Origin: Bigelowiella natans CCMP2755
Taxonomy: Eukaryota; Protista; Cercozoa
DNA length: 64,000 nt
NCBI GenBank assembly: GCA_000320545.1
Contig: ADNK01002518.1
Span: 29,194-93,193, forward strand
Direction of reading: 5' to 3'
Positions 36,905-51,073 of this stretch are shown here, one piece after another. A program made the translations under genes and the position numbers. Within the stretch, counting starts at the first letter, position 1; each line of letters opens with the position of its first letter. The notes under the pieces are model-generated. The model was not told where the DNA came from and did not search any database. It was given only the letters and a program-made list of their open reading frames with translations.

Positions 36905-38112
36905 ATGTTCAAGCGAGGCTTCAATGATGGGGGCTACAATTCAACATCTGGAATAGAGGAACATGAGAAAAAATTTTCTAACATTCAAGACGTGTACGCA
37001 GATAATCTTCAGGAGGAGATGGACAAAATTGTGGAAATTGTTGAGGACTACCCATATGTTGCAATCGGTACGTTCTATAAGTCGTTATATTTATCATAAT
37101 GTATTTTTTTCTGTACTCTCTGTTGCAAGTATTTTTTTTTAACCATTACATTTGAATCACCAGTATGTATTGATTTCTTTGTCGTCGTCTTCTTCACTAT
37201 TTACTGCTACTTAGATACCGAATTTCCTGGTGTGGTTGCGAAGCCAGTAGGGAAATTCAACACCAGCAGCGAGTATCGTTACAGGCAGCTGAAGTGTAAT
37301 GTCGATCTTCTTAATATTATTCAACTTGGAATCTCATTCTACGACAAGAATGGAAAGAGGCGACCAGGAGTTTGCACTTGGCAATTCAACTTCAAATTTA
37401 ACTTAGAGTAATAATACTACATGATTAAAGATATACTACAATTTGAGGCACATTTCCATGTCCCAAAAATCTGTTTTCAAACTAGTTTGTCTACTATATT
37501 TTAGTGTGGATATGTACGCTCAAGACTCGATAGATTTGTTGACAAAGTCTGGGTTAAACTTCGAGCTTCATGAAGAGAAAGGCATCGATGTGAATGAATT
37601 TGGAGCATTGCTTATCACCTCAGGATTAGTACTAACAGAAGATGTTTGTTGGATATCCTTCCATGGAGGATATGATTATGGTTACCTTCTCAAAGTTTTG
37701 ACGAACAACCGTCTTCCAGAGAAGGAATCCGAATTCTTCGAGTTGTATCATACTTTTTTCATCAAATCCTACGATTTAAAGTACATGATGAAAAGTTGTG
37801 AGGACCTCAAGGGTGGTCTTGACAAACTAGCCGATGACTTGAAGGTAATTCTCTCTTGGAGTGCTGCAGCGTTTTCATGATCATGAATCCTATCCAATGT
37901 ACATATCATTGCAGGTTGTACGAATAGGACCTCAACATCAGGCTGGTAGCGACAGTCTCTTGACAGCAGCTTCTTTCTTTAGCATGCGAGAGCAATATTT
38001 CGAGAACATGATTGATGAGGACAAATTCATGGGAGTGCTATTCGGATTGGGCGAGGGTGGCCCAACACCAAGTCCCAAAACTCAGCGACCCATTAACGCC
38101 AAATCGTCGTAA
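36905..38112 (+). CDS. CAF1: CCR4-NOT deadenylase subunit CAF1/POP2 (CNOT7/8)
   Basis: Four exons. YPYVAIDTEFPGVVAKP, LKCNVDLLNIIQLG, DMYAQDSIDLL, WISFHGGYDYGYL, RIGPQHQAGSDSLLT. Confidence 0.97.
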
Positions 38113-39292
38113 TAAGTGTATTGCACCTCATTCATGACATGAGGGGACAGAGGGGATCCAGGACACCAATACGTCGTGGCAACGAACGAGACAATCATTG
38201 ATGATCATCCAAATGGTTTGAAAAATAAGTTCGCCAGCACTCATCAACTTGGAAGTGATCATTACTATATTTCTATCTACAACGTGAAAATCAAGCTGCT
38301 CTTTGCAAACATATGTCCATGCAGTCTTGATCGTGAAAATGTTACAAATGTGCACATATGTATATACACACATAAATGCATATATGTGTAGATATCTAGA
38401 TGTGTGCATGTGCGTGTTTGTGTGTTTTGGGGGGAGGAGGGGGTGAGAGCGGTGAAGCACTCTGCTCTGCGACATCATCCGATGCGTACAGCTGCACAGC
38501 CGCGCCGTGAGCGCCGCATGAATGTTCAATACTCTATAACTCTAGCTGTCGCACACAGCAAGACAGTCACGTACGCACGGGATTTTTTAGATTTTGCGTC
38601 GCTGGGCCATAGTTGTCCGAGTCGTGAGAGCTGTACGTGTGCCCATATCTGATATATAGCCATGCGTGCGTGTGTAGATATAGCCATGCGTGCGTGTGTT
38701 ACGTTGTGCTGGAGCCAAGGCACGCTAGCATATGCACACCTAGACATACTAGCTAGCTAGCACGTGCTCTGTAGCCCTCATAATTAGGCTGCACATTGCA
38801 CGCACTACTACGTGCTAGACTAGACGCACAGCAGCATGTGACACGTGGTGCTTATCATCAGCAATCCGCCATCGCACAGGACATGTCTAGATGTAGCTAC
38901 ATGGTATTAAATTATTGCGACATGCAAGTCTGTACACATACGCCATGCGCCATGCTATGCGTACGTAACGGCGACGACTAGCACGTAGCGGCCTGGCTAG
39001 CTGGGCATAGCTAGATAGCATCTGCTTAGTTGATTTAATTGTGCTTACTCGCTTTTTTGCAACGCAAGCTAGCTAGCTAGCAAGGCACCGTTGATATGTG
39101 CTTAAATTTGCGTAAATTTGCTCCATCATGGACCGTTGAGTCTGTCTGAGTAGCTGTGTGTCAAAATGCATCACCAGCAACTCACAGCATATATATTCAC
39201 ATACGACGCAGTTTTGCTCCATGGTATGTGCAGAAATTTGTTGGTATTCCTCTGCAGAGACTTTCATTATTTGGCGATAGAGTAGTAACAAG

Positions 39293-40452
39293 CTAGGAAA
39301 CTTTGGAGCACTCTGATAGTCGGATTTCCTGGGCCAAATCCTCAGGAAGTCCGGCAAATATTCGCTCGCGGGCAACCCACAAATTTTTAATTTTGTGAGC
39401 CTGTTTTTCTTTTGATTTGTTGAGAATTCTGCTCTGCTCCCTCACAAAAGGAGTTACGTCAGTTATTTTAAGAATCGGAGTTTTACCTTTTCCAGACGCA
39501 TATTCTTCAGCAAGTTCTCCCTTTTTAGAAGATGTGTCTCAATCACATGGGTAAAAGGCTGGCGTTAAATTCAAGAACCACACCTTTATGCCAATCTGAA
39601 TTGCTTTTCGGTAAAGATGTTTCTCACCTCGAGGCAAATGATCAGGATCCCATTGTAGCCGGCACGGTTTATTTCCTTTGTTTACGAAGATGACAATACT
39701 TACCATACCATGAAGCCTGTCCTAGTCTCGAGATTAGTTTGAGTTACCTTTGGCGCATTTAGATCCGTTTTCATTCTTGGCATATTTTCCATGCTGTGTC
39801 GACTTGGCAGCCCGCAACAGCCGTTCGAAAAAATTTCTCTTAATCCAAATGCCGAGTATGACCTAATTCCATGTAATGATGCTATTGTGACTTCCTTTTT
39901 CGTTGAAGAAATTTGAATGACCTCTTGGTTTTTCTTACATGCCCAACCAGATCTGTACATCATCCAAAGGAAATTAGTTTTTATCCAAGTCATCCTAGTT
40001 GTCTTGTAGCTTTTACACCCTGCAACAAAAAATATTGTCTTGCGTGAAGTATAATGCATGAGAGAATACAGACAGACCTTCAAAACTTTGATGCAAAGTA
40101 GCATACTCTGCAATTTCAGGCTTGAATGCCTTAAATAGATACGAAAACCATATTTATTGTTCACATCATAAATCTAAATTTGAACAGACTGCACAACCTG
40201 ATATACTAGTATAGCCTTGTCTGTATACTGTGCCATGATGTGCCTCCCTCTCTGTGGCCACATGTCTACGGCCTCACAATACTTTTCTGATTCAAATCTA
40301 AATTCACGGATCTTCGTGTCAGTTTCAGGCTTCGAATCTTTCACAGATCCAGCTACAACTTTCGAGGGGACATCTTGCAAGGGATTTCTGCATTCAGAAA
40401 AAATGCAATTATATCCTTTTCCCTTTTCATTAAATTTGAAGTTATATGGCAT
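39293..40452 (-). CDS. DUF4291 family protein, multi-exon
   Basis: HIMAQYTDKAILVYQAFKPEIA, RMTWIKTNFLWMMYRSGWACKKNQE, RLQWDPDH, RKAIQIGI, ITDVTPFV. Confidence 0.85.
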
Positions 40453-40604
40453 ACCTTTCTACACTCTCCGAGTTATTGGTATCAAACAATTTCTGCTCGT
40501 TTACTTCCATTTGTAACTTGATGCCCGTTCCTTTGTTCCACAAATCTACAATTCCTGAGCCCATGTTATGGTATTTGTGTGTAAAGGGAGCTTCACTTTA
40601 CAAC

Positions 40605-40638
<34 letters not shown>

Positions 40639-40677
40639 ATAGCAGTATCAGGGTGTTGCAGCAGCTGGCTGGAGAAA

Positions 40678-40732
<55 letters not shown>

Positions 40733-41285
40733 ACACACACATCACACACACACGGGTCTCTTCGGCGTATGAAAGAATTGTGAACTTTCCAAGAAAAATA
40801 TTGGAAGAGAATATCTGTACGCGCTTTAATAAACAACAAAATAAAAATATGGATCATCATTCTTTTATATTTTCTTTTTCATTGAGATATTTTGAGTTTT
40901 TCCATGTCGCATGTTGTTTTTGGATTTTTTCCTTTCCTTAATGATACCATCCTTAAAGTTGATGTATGTGTTTTCTCAGAAATAAATACGAGATAGATCT
41001 AATAAAGTGATGCATGTGAAAATAGTTAATACAAGTAATGTTTGCACGATGTATGCCGTATAATTATTTATCAGCAAACAAATATTTATCGGCAATTATG
41101 TTGTCTTCATATTTCATACCTATTGTGTGCTGTATGGGTTCAGGAGCAGGAGGATCGATTTCGTCTTAAGTTGTCTGGCTCTGTGTGACAGTAGGATCCT
41201 TTTCTTTTCACCAATCAAGGCATAAATAATGAGATTAACCATAATAAAGGAGTAGCCACCAATCAGGCCAAATGGAGATGTGATA

Positions 41286-41950
41286 ATGATGGTGAAGAAG
41301 AAGATTAAGATGGTGTATTTTCATCATCGCACGCATGCTTGGAGACAATGTATGCCATTCTTCTGCGTTGGATTTCTCTGCTCCCTCGTCCTCTTCTGTA
41401 CGGTTTTCTATACACAGGTTGTCATATCGAATATCTTTTGTCCCCCTGTATCACTAAGTGATGATGCATTATAAATGACTGTAAAGGGACAACAGGAGAA
41501 GATCGAAAGGAGTTTCGCTCGTAAGTTGGATAAAGTTGTAGATCCATTGAAAAATATTAAAAGGTCAGCAGCAGCAGTAGCAGTATTATATTTATTATTA
41601 TTATTATTGGTGGTAGTAGTAGAATTAGTACTAGTTGTGGTACTGGTGATAGCAACAACAACGGTTGTTGTGATTGTAGAAGAAGAAGAAGTAGTAGTAG
41701 CAGTAGTAGTAGTAATAGTGGTAGTAGTGGTGATAGCAGTGGTGGCATTGATAGTGACAATAGCAGTGGGAGGAGTAGCAGTAGTGAGAGTAGTTGATGT
41801 AGCTGTAGCACATATAGCATAATACATGCACCTAATGCTTATAGTACATATAGGAGGATAAATGGTAGTTTCATACATACACCTAGATGTTGCGTACTTA
41901 TCGTTGTACAGGATGAGGAGGGGAAGTGTATGTGTGTGTGTGTGTGTGTC

Positions 41951-42002
<52 letters not shown>

Positions 42003-42176
42003 AGAGAATTCGTTGTGGATAATACTACTACTGAGGGGGGTTGAGTGCTAATAGGATAGAACAATGAAATAGATAAGAACGTACTTGATGCTGCTGCTGC
42101 TACTGCTGCTGCTTGATGTGTAGATGGAAACCGAAGGCCTTAAAAAGAAAACAAAGGGGAACAACTTGTAACCCAG

Positions 42177-42212
<36 letters not shown>

Positions 42213-42685
42213 CCTCTTCCATCGATAAGCAGCCACCTTCTTCACATTGCCTATCTACTACTAGCAAAGAGGAGGAGGAGGAGGAGGAGGAGGAGGAGGA
42301 AGAACAAGACACAATGGAGAACAGTCCTCCGCCAGAACATCATCATGAATCTAAAGTAGCAGATGCTGATGACGCCGACTATAAGATCAAGTCAAGGTCT
42401 CATGCGGTTGAAATGATTTCCGGACTTGAAAATGAACTTGAGGTAGGACGTAGTATTACTATTACTCTTTAGAAGCAACTTAAAACCTAAGGGAAAATGA
42501 GGAGGAGGAGGTAGTAGCAGCATTAATAAGAGACGGCGTGCTATACACACACACACACACACACACATGCAGATACGCATATGGGGTTTTTGTATCATTA
42601 TAATTACAGATTGATGCTGTGACGTACATTCTGCGCCGACTATTAAAGATTCCTACAGGTAGCAGTTGTTGTTGTTGTTGTTGTT

Positions 42686-42716
<31 letters not shown>

Positions 42717-42796
42717 AGAATTTTTTCGCATACTACTTCTGGCTCTGGATTTTTAGCTACGTGCTCCTTCTTCATCATTATCGTTATCGTGCCACA

Positions 42797-42828
<32 letters not shown>

Positions 42829-43910
42829 TACATCGATCGACTAACCAAAGGATACGAAGAGAGCGTAATTCCTGGAAATCGCACATTTATACTTGACGCC
42901 AGCAAAAACTTTGGCCTCAAAATTAAAAATGGGATTATCGACGATGTCAGGGTAATAATGTGATGATGAAAGGGCAGATCTGTTATTATGAAACAAATCT
43001 CCCCCCACCCCCCTCTCTCTCCGATCATTCATATAATAAACCTAGGAACACAGCCAGGCTGAATTAGTTGGCTTAAGAGAGGACGATAAACTCATTGAGG
43101 TAGAAATCATTCTTAGGCATTATCATTGAAATTACGATGAGAAGAAACAAAAACTTAGCTGATGATCATGGGATAATCGTCATATTCTAGATTGGAGGGA
43201 AAGTTGCAAGCGAAGGCAACATCCGCCATGCTATTGCCAGGGCTAAATCAAGGAAGGCTAATCTTAGTGTTACAGTTATTGTTAAGGAGAAAGAGGGCGA
43301 GGTAGATATTTATCGCCTGATCTACTACTACTACTACTATTCTTTACACAAATATACAGCAGCTAAAAATAATATAGCAGCTAGCTAGTATTACACTTAA
43401 TACAAGCAACCATAATTAGGAACCTAAGGGTCCATGGCTTAATTTCCCAAGAACTCCTCACATCTTCTCTTCATTGGCCAGTAATATCAAGAAGAAGGAG
43501 GTACAAACATCATCATCATCATCAGTTGCAACAGCAGCAGCAGCAGCATTAAATGACTAACAAGTTTAATTGTTACAACAATGTGAACAACAACTACTCA
43601 GAGGAAAATGGTGATGCATCTACGTCATCGACTGCTTACACTCGTTGATGATCTCTCCTATAAAGAGGCCAGACGTATGCTCCGCTGCATGCGAAAACTT
43701 GCACGGTTATTTCCATGCCCAACTTGCAGCAAAAGAAAAGAGCTGAGTAATCGTTGCCGGCCTACTAGTCTTGAATCAAAGAAATCTGCTCGAGCTGAGC
43801 GTAAACAACGGGTAATAATAAGCAGCAGCAGCAGCCCCCCCCTCTCCTTTTCACCATGTTGCTCTCTTTTCCTCCTCCTCTGTATCTATTTCAAAGTCGT
43901 TGTACTTCCT

Positions 43911-43945
<35 letters not shown>

Positions 43946-44483
43946 GCCCCCCTCGATATTGAGCTACATCCTTCACATAATAAATCCAATATCTTGTATC
44001 TGTAAATAGGCTAGAGCTGTGAATTGGGGACCCTGTGATAGATGCAAAAGTCTTTCAATGTTACTCGAGCAAAGGATGGCGACAAAGTTGGGGGGGGGGA
44101 GGAAAAATCGGGGAAGAAAAAAGAGAATCAAATTAAATAGTGACTGTGATATTGCAACATCATTACAGGATATAGAAAAGCAGCAAAAATTACCATCAGC
44201 TCCCTCTACACATCCTAGAAATTGTGTTATTGAGACGGATGATGAGGAAGACAACAGAGAAGATTCGGTACCACCTCAAAGAATCAGCACGATTCAGACA
44301 ATTCGTAACGCAGAAATAAGTGGATCAAGCCCAGAAACGGAAAATTATGTTTCCAATGGTAGAGACAGCAGAGTAGCGGCGATGAGTGTGAAAGATGATA
44401 ATGATACAAAAAAGGAAGAAGAACAGATGATGGACACATCCACTTACAATGTTGACCAGCCACAACAAGGTGTCCTCCTATAG
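41286..44483 (+). CDS. Uncharacterised membrane-anchored protein with a PDZ-like domain, multi-exon
   Basis: N-terminal hydrophobic segment MPFFCVGFLCSLVLFCTVFY. Spliced NFGLKIKNGIIDDVR..TQAELVGLREDDKLIEIGG..LSVTV resembles PDZ. Cys pairs CPTC and CDRC. Boundaries approximate. Confidence 0.55.
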
Positions 44484-45576
44484 ATTCGCAAATGTGGAAC
44501 AACTGTGTGGGAGACACATCTAGACATGGCGCTTTGCCAACAGTCGTTTTTATATCAATGTATAGATATGTTCTGAGGCGTCGATCCCGAGTCAAGATCT
44601 CTACTTCAGATATGCTGCGTCGATCATCTGCAATGCGCCACTGTGCCATGAAATCTCGGCTTGCATGAGCGCGGTCCTTCAAGTCATGCATGTCATGATG
44701 CTGTCGTGTGGGTGCCTAGATGTATATTCTACATGTATGATATAGCTGCCGCTTATATTTGGAGTATTTTTTTGTAATCATTGCCTTCCACGTTGAATGA
44801 GCCAACGCAAACCCTGTGACAGTGTTGCACACTAGATGCCGAGATTACTATTGTAATGCATGGGACATCTCTTCCACCTTTGCTAGCTTTAGGTGCTGAT
44901 TCCAAAAATTGCATGCGTTTTGCGACTGACACTTCCATGTGTACTGAGAAAATTTTGCCATGCGCTATATTCTGGCATTGCTGAGTTCTCTGCATTTCGA
45001 CACATTATAGTCGCATGTGACAATATCTGGACATGCGTAGCACTGATCTCGCATGCTAGCGTGCTAGCCAGTAGCATGCATGCATGCGCCACATGTCTCG
45101 TCTAGCGCCCTAGTTACATAGGCTAGCTACGTACCAGCAGCCTTAGGCGAGTTTAACCACCATCGACACACATGCGTGTACATGCACAAGCATATTATTA
45201 AGCATATGTGAAACTGATGGACTGAGTAACAGAAATCGTCGATTTCCACCACCACCACCACAAACAAGTATGGTAGGGAGTGTAGTGGTTATCATTATTC
45301 ATTTATCAAGCATTCACAGCAGGTAAGATCGATCGACTTCATCATCATCACCCCAGATACCAAGTTGACACTTTTTCAGTCAAAGCAGCTATAATGTCGC
45401 TATGAAGCATGCTGATCCTAGGTGAGTCTCGTTGTAGAATTTTTAGGCAAACCTGGTTATATTTGCAATACGTCCTTGTTATAACGTAATAAAGTAATCA
45501 ACATCATGGATGATTTTAAAATTCCAGGGAAGTAGTTTGCATATTATATATGCTAATGTTTTGTGAGTTGTACATG

Positions 45577-47520
45577 TCACAGTGCCATAATCATTACCCT
45601 TTGTTGGTGATGATTTCGGACAAGTGATGCAGCATCTCCTCGCTCATGCTCGATCTCGCATACAGAATCGTGCACATTTTTATTAATCGGGGCTTTCATT
45701 TCAAGAAGGTACCGAACTAGCTGCAGATCCCGAAGATGTATATTTTGTATAGCAGCATCAAGTGCAGTAAGGCCATAGTTATCCCTAAGAGAAATATCTA
45801 CTTTTACCTCCTCTAGAAGATACCTCACAATTTCTAATCTATAATTATCTGCTGCATTGATTAACGGAGTGCCTGCTTTTGGATTTGCCTTTGCCTCCAC
45901 TAAGTATTTGACAGCACTTGTCAGTCCATAGTGGCACGCTGCAGTAAGAGCATCGAAGCCAGATCCGTCCTTCAATTGCAAATCAGCTTTCATTTCAACA
46001 ATAAAGGCTGCAACTTCTGGATCATAGCATGTTGGATCACTAACAGCATAAATGAGAGCTGTTGATTTATGTTGATCTGTGTCTCTTGCTTCGTTCGGAT
46101 TAGCACCCATATTAAATGCGCGGATAACTCCATTTAGATCTCCATCTCGAGCGGAGGAGAGGAGGAGGCGGTTAGCACGCATAGAAGACTGTGTTCTTCT
46201 GCTGTCTTTAACGTTATCAGATACGGCTTTGTAGTCGTTCTTATTTCCTGCATCATCATCGTCATCACCACCACCACGATTATCAGTATCATTGTCATTA
46301 TCACTGTTAGCTGTTTCATTTCCTCTTTCCGTCTCTTGCATTTCAAAATCATTTTCGCTCAGTGATGCGTAGTTTGAAGCCAAAGTTCCACCGCCGTCAC
46401 CCATTTCTCGTTCCTGTTTTATAAGTGCGGCTAGAGTCTTTATTTGATGCTCCTGAGTCGAGCTTTCAGTAGTTAAGTATCTGAGTAGCATCGTTGCGGA
46501 TGGCCTCTTCCTTGCCTCAAGTTGCAGACACATCTCCATAATCGTCTTGCATCTGTCGTCTACTTCTTCATCGCTACTACTATTACTACTACTACTACTC
46601 GTTTTTCTTGTTCTTCTTCTTTTCAGCTTCAAGCACAAAGAACCATTCATGATTTTAGGGACTGCATAATGGAAGGATAGCTCACCGTAAGGCACAGAGC
46701 CTTTGCTGAGAATCTCAAAAATAGCAACCCCAAACATCCACATGTCAGACCGGATTGAATAAATTCCTTTGTAAGATTCTGGTGCGGTCCATGCCCAAGC
46801 AGTGTGTGCTGCTAATTTTTGATAGGTAGCGTAACGAGAAGTAATAGATCTTGCAAGGCCATAGTCTCCCACAACGACGCTACCGTCCGCTCTCATCAAC
46901 AAGTTGCGGCAAGCAATGTCCCGGTGAATACAAGGGGGATCCTGCGAATGAAGGTGTTTTAAGCCTGATAGCACGTCAGTAGCAATGCGGAGAAATGGTT
47001 GCCATGAGACCATATCTTCTTTAAAATGAAGCTTATCGAGACTTCCCTTTTCGCAATATTCCGTAAGAAACGCAAGTTTTTTCTCCAACGTTGCGACTCC
47101 ATAAAACCTCAAGACATTTCGATGAATTTTCAGTCGTGAAAGTACCTGTAGCTCTTTGAGCTGGTGGTAAAATTATCAATGATAATAAATACTTAACGAC
47201 GCGCAGAACAACCTCACAAACATCTGACAATACTTGTTCATGGTTCTAAATGAATGATGTTTCACCTCTTCATCTGCTAGTCCACCACCAATATGTAGCG
47301 TCTTAACTGCAACTCTTATCGTTTGTTCCCTTTTATTTCGTTCCTTTCTGTCCTGCTTTCTTCCGTTGATGATCTCTCCAAGACGTATCTCACCAAAATT
47401 ACCCCTGCCTATCCTCCCCATTACTTTAATATCACTAGACTTATAGGTACGCACGCTGCCAAAGTATACGGGCTCCTCCTCTTCTTCTTGCTCATTCTCA
47501 TTTACAGCGGCATCCGCCAT
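45577..47520 (-). CDS. Tyrosine-kinase-like protein kinase with C-terminal ankyrin repeats
   Basis: GRGNFG, VAVK, HRDIACRNLL, DYGLAR, WTAPES, SDMWMFGV. Ankyrin repeats STALIYA, GFDALTAACHYG, GTPLINAA, GLTALDAA. One intron near 47150-47265. Confidence 0.92.
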
Positions 47521-48127
47521 TGCAAAAATCCAAATCTATGCACGGGGGGGAGAAAGGCAACTAGTTCTTTTATCTCGTACTTTACAGTCGTACTCTTTTT
47601 TCTATGTCGCAGTTACGAAATCACACCCAATTTATTATAAACAAATTTCCCCTTATTAACGGGTGAGCGACTTCTATTTTTGCGAATATTCTCATCATTG
47701 GATATGAATGCACGACGTACTCGCATGCACACAGCCAGGCAGCCAGACATCAAGTTGATCATGGAAAACAGAAAGCAGCACAGATCAAAGCATGCACAGT
47801 GAGTAGGAGTATTCTTTAGTTGTTGCACATGTATTTTATTGCTTGTCATCAAGTCCTCGTTGAAAAGATCTTCTACACCGCACACCACCAGATCCAGAAC
47901 CATCAGCAGTACCCATCCAACGATAGAAAAAGGAAGAAGAAGGAACTTAGGTGGTTGACTATGTAACCTTTTACTGTGTTGTGTTTTCCAGCGTCGAATC
48001 TTTTGGTTGGTGGTAGCTGATTTCAAAGCTAGACCGTAAAAATGTTTCGAATAATGAATATACTTCGAACAAAGAGTAGTTTCTATGCTCGTTAAGCATG
48101 TCTGATTGATTGAAATTGTATAGAACT

Positions 48128-50511
48128 ATGGACGGTCCGTATACGAAAGTTGGAGATGATGTCGTGGCTGACACAGAGGCTGCTTACCAAGCTATGGAAG
48201 ATGATGGGCGTCAAGTGAAGCCTGTGAATGAAATGGAAGAAATTGTATTTTTTACATCACGATTCGGCGATCAACGAATGATGATCAAAATACCTGTTTA
48301 GGATTCGAAAATTATGGACACTCCTGAGACTGGTTTGTCAACCGAAGAGGCAGCAAGGCGATTCGAAGTCTACGGACCCAACGAGGTTTAATTCTATCCG
48401 CCTCTAGCCGATTGAAACTTATAAACTCATAAATCTACAGCTTCCTGAGGATAAAGGCAACCTTTGCCTTGATTTTCTCAGCAAGTTCTGGGGCCCAAGT
48501 ACTTATAATTCTTATCAGCTATTGAAGGAATATAAATGTTATTTCGTATTAGTGCCTTGTATGATCTGGATCGCTGCTGCTGTTTCACTCGCTCAAGCTC
48601 TTTCTGGAAAGCCTGACCACTGGCCTGGTGATCGTCTACAAAGCTGCTTTCACTACAACATCCAACTTAGATTGTTACTGACTTTAGATTTTGGAGTACT
48701 GCTCGGATTACAGATTATTAATGGAACTGTTGCATTTATTGAAGAGTAAATTCATTAGGTTTTTGAGACGAGGTAATATAATTCTGACTTAGTGTTGATA
48801 TTATTATTCCTAGATTCAACGCAGGAAATGCAATTGCAGAGCTTCAAGCGTCGCTTGCACCTAAAGGTTGCAGCACTTACACACTAAACACATTAGATGA
48901 ACATCTTCATTTGCATATAATCATCAGCAAATGTTAAGCGTGATGGAGAGTTTCGCATAGTCCATGCAAGGTAACTGATGATACTCCCTTCCCTCCTCAT
49001 TGTGCCAAATCTATCTTCTGAGAATTTGGTTTCGATGTATTTTTCCAAGGGAGTTAGTACCTGGTGACTTGATCGTTCTTCAAATTGGAGGCGTGGTACT
49101 TAATGCTGTCAAAAATTAATTATAAAAGTACTATCATCCATTCTCACGACTGGGAGTACTTCAATATAATATGTCTAGGTACCAGCAGATTCCGTTTTAA
49201 TGGGAGACAGGACACTTCAAGTAGACCAGGCAGCTCTTACTGGTAGGTAGTAGTAGGGATTTGCTTATTCACCTTCATCATCCTCATTCTACTATCAAAT
49301 TCATGATGTGTTCTTTCTTTTCCGTGATGATATGATAGGCGAGTCCCTACCAGTTACAATGAGAAAGGTGGGTTGAAAAGACGTAATTCATTTGTTGTCA
49401 GTGATCGCTCGTATGTGGCTGATATCACAGAACTCACTTATCCTTATCTTTAGGGCGACACAGCAAAAATGGGAGCAACCGTCAAACGTGGAGAAATGGA
49501 AGCAATTGTCAGCAAAACAGGTTATGGAGACTCTCGTCCGGAATGCTATTTGAAACCACCCTAACAATCCATCGATACAATGCAATATTATTAGGGAAAA
49601 ACACCTTTTTTGGTAAAGCAGCAGGACTGATTGGAGATGTCGGTGTAGTATCTGCTATTATTTATCCGATAATTATACCATATATTATCATCATAATACC
49701 GAACTACATTATGCTGATACGTACATATCAGGTCCAACAAGAGGGAAGATTTCAGAAAGTATTGTTTAACGTAATGATATTTCTCATGGCATTGGCATCG
49801 GTAACAACTCAGCACCAACGCATAAGTCATCTAATCATCATCCATCTACTAACTTCAAAATTTATACTTACAGGTTCTTGTGGTTGTTATATTGGCAATC
49901 CTCTTGGTTGATAATGGTATCAAATTTTTACCTTTTCAACATTTTGCGAAATCCTACTAATTACAATCTTATAACAGTTAGTTCTTAAAATCGGGTGTTA
50001 AAATGTGTCAGTATTTTCAAGCAAGTTGACCACAATTTCGTGTAATATCATTGATTAGGCACATCCAGTGATGAAGTTTTAGAGTCAATTGGTGTGGCTA
50101 TAGTTCTTCTTATTGCTTCAATTCCAATAGCAATGCAGGTTCTATTGTAACATTTGCTTTATCTTCCGGTGTATGTATGATTATATGCGTTGTTAGGTGG
50201 TTGCAACCGTTACTATGGCTGTAGGCGCTAGTCTACTTGCGAAGAAGAAGGTATTTTTCATAGAACAATGTGAAGTTTAAATTCTGTGAGGTGTTTTTTT
50301 TTTTTCCCTAAGGCAATAGTTGCACGTCTTTCAGCTATTGAGGAATTGGCAGGTTCGTCTTCCATTACCATAAATAACCGCAAATTTAAATATATGTTAC
50401 TCTGCAATCACTAGGGATGCACACTCTCTGCTCGGATAAGACAGGGACCTTAACTCTCAACAAACTAAAGCTTGATGACCCTATTATCATCGATGAATCC
50501 ATCACTAAAGA

Positions 50512-50549
<38 letters not shown>

Positions 50550-51042
50550 TTTGAACGCCACCGCAAGAAACAGTGTTATTATCATCATCATCCATTTATG
50601 TACTACTACAGAATTATATTTATTGCTGCTTTGGCTGCAAAACGTTTGGATGAAGGTGATAGTTGACTATTCTCGATGGCTTTGTGCTTTCGAACTGACA
50701 GTTCCATCATCATCATCGTCATCATCATCTTTTCTAGGCCAAGATGCAATTGACACTTGCATAATGAATAAGGTTATTATCTTCCCCACCTAATAGTAAA
50801 CGGTCGTTTATTAATTCACAGTGTATGTTTTGTATATTTAGGCTTTGGAACGTATTTCCAAAGTGGAAATGGAAGAGTATAAGCAGGTGGGGGAAAATAA
50901 CAACAAAGAAGATAGTAGAGAATGGTCTGACTACTCTCTGTCTGGTGGAGAGAGTCGTCCTCATGTTGTTAACTCGATGATGATGATGGTACCGCAACAG
51001 GTAGATTTTATTCCTTTTGATCCAGCAATCAAGCGCACAGAG

Positions 51043-51073
<31 letters not shown>

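Noticed and set aside
38652-38699. Tandem atatagccatgcgtgcgtgtgt repeat (two copies)
   Set aside because: A simple local duplication within a converted intergenic tract, with no independent significance.
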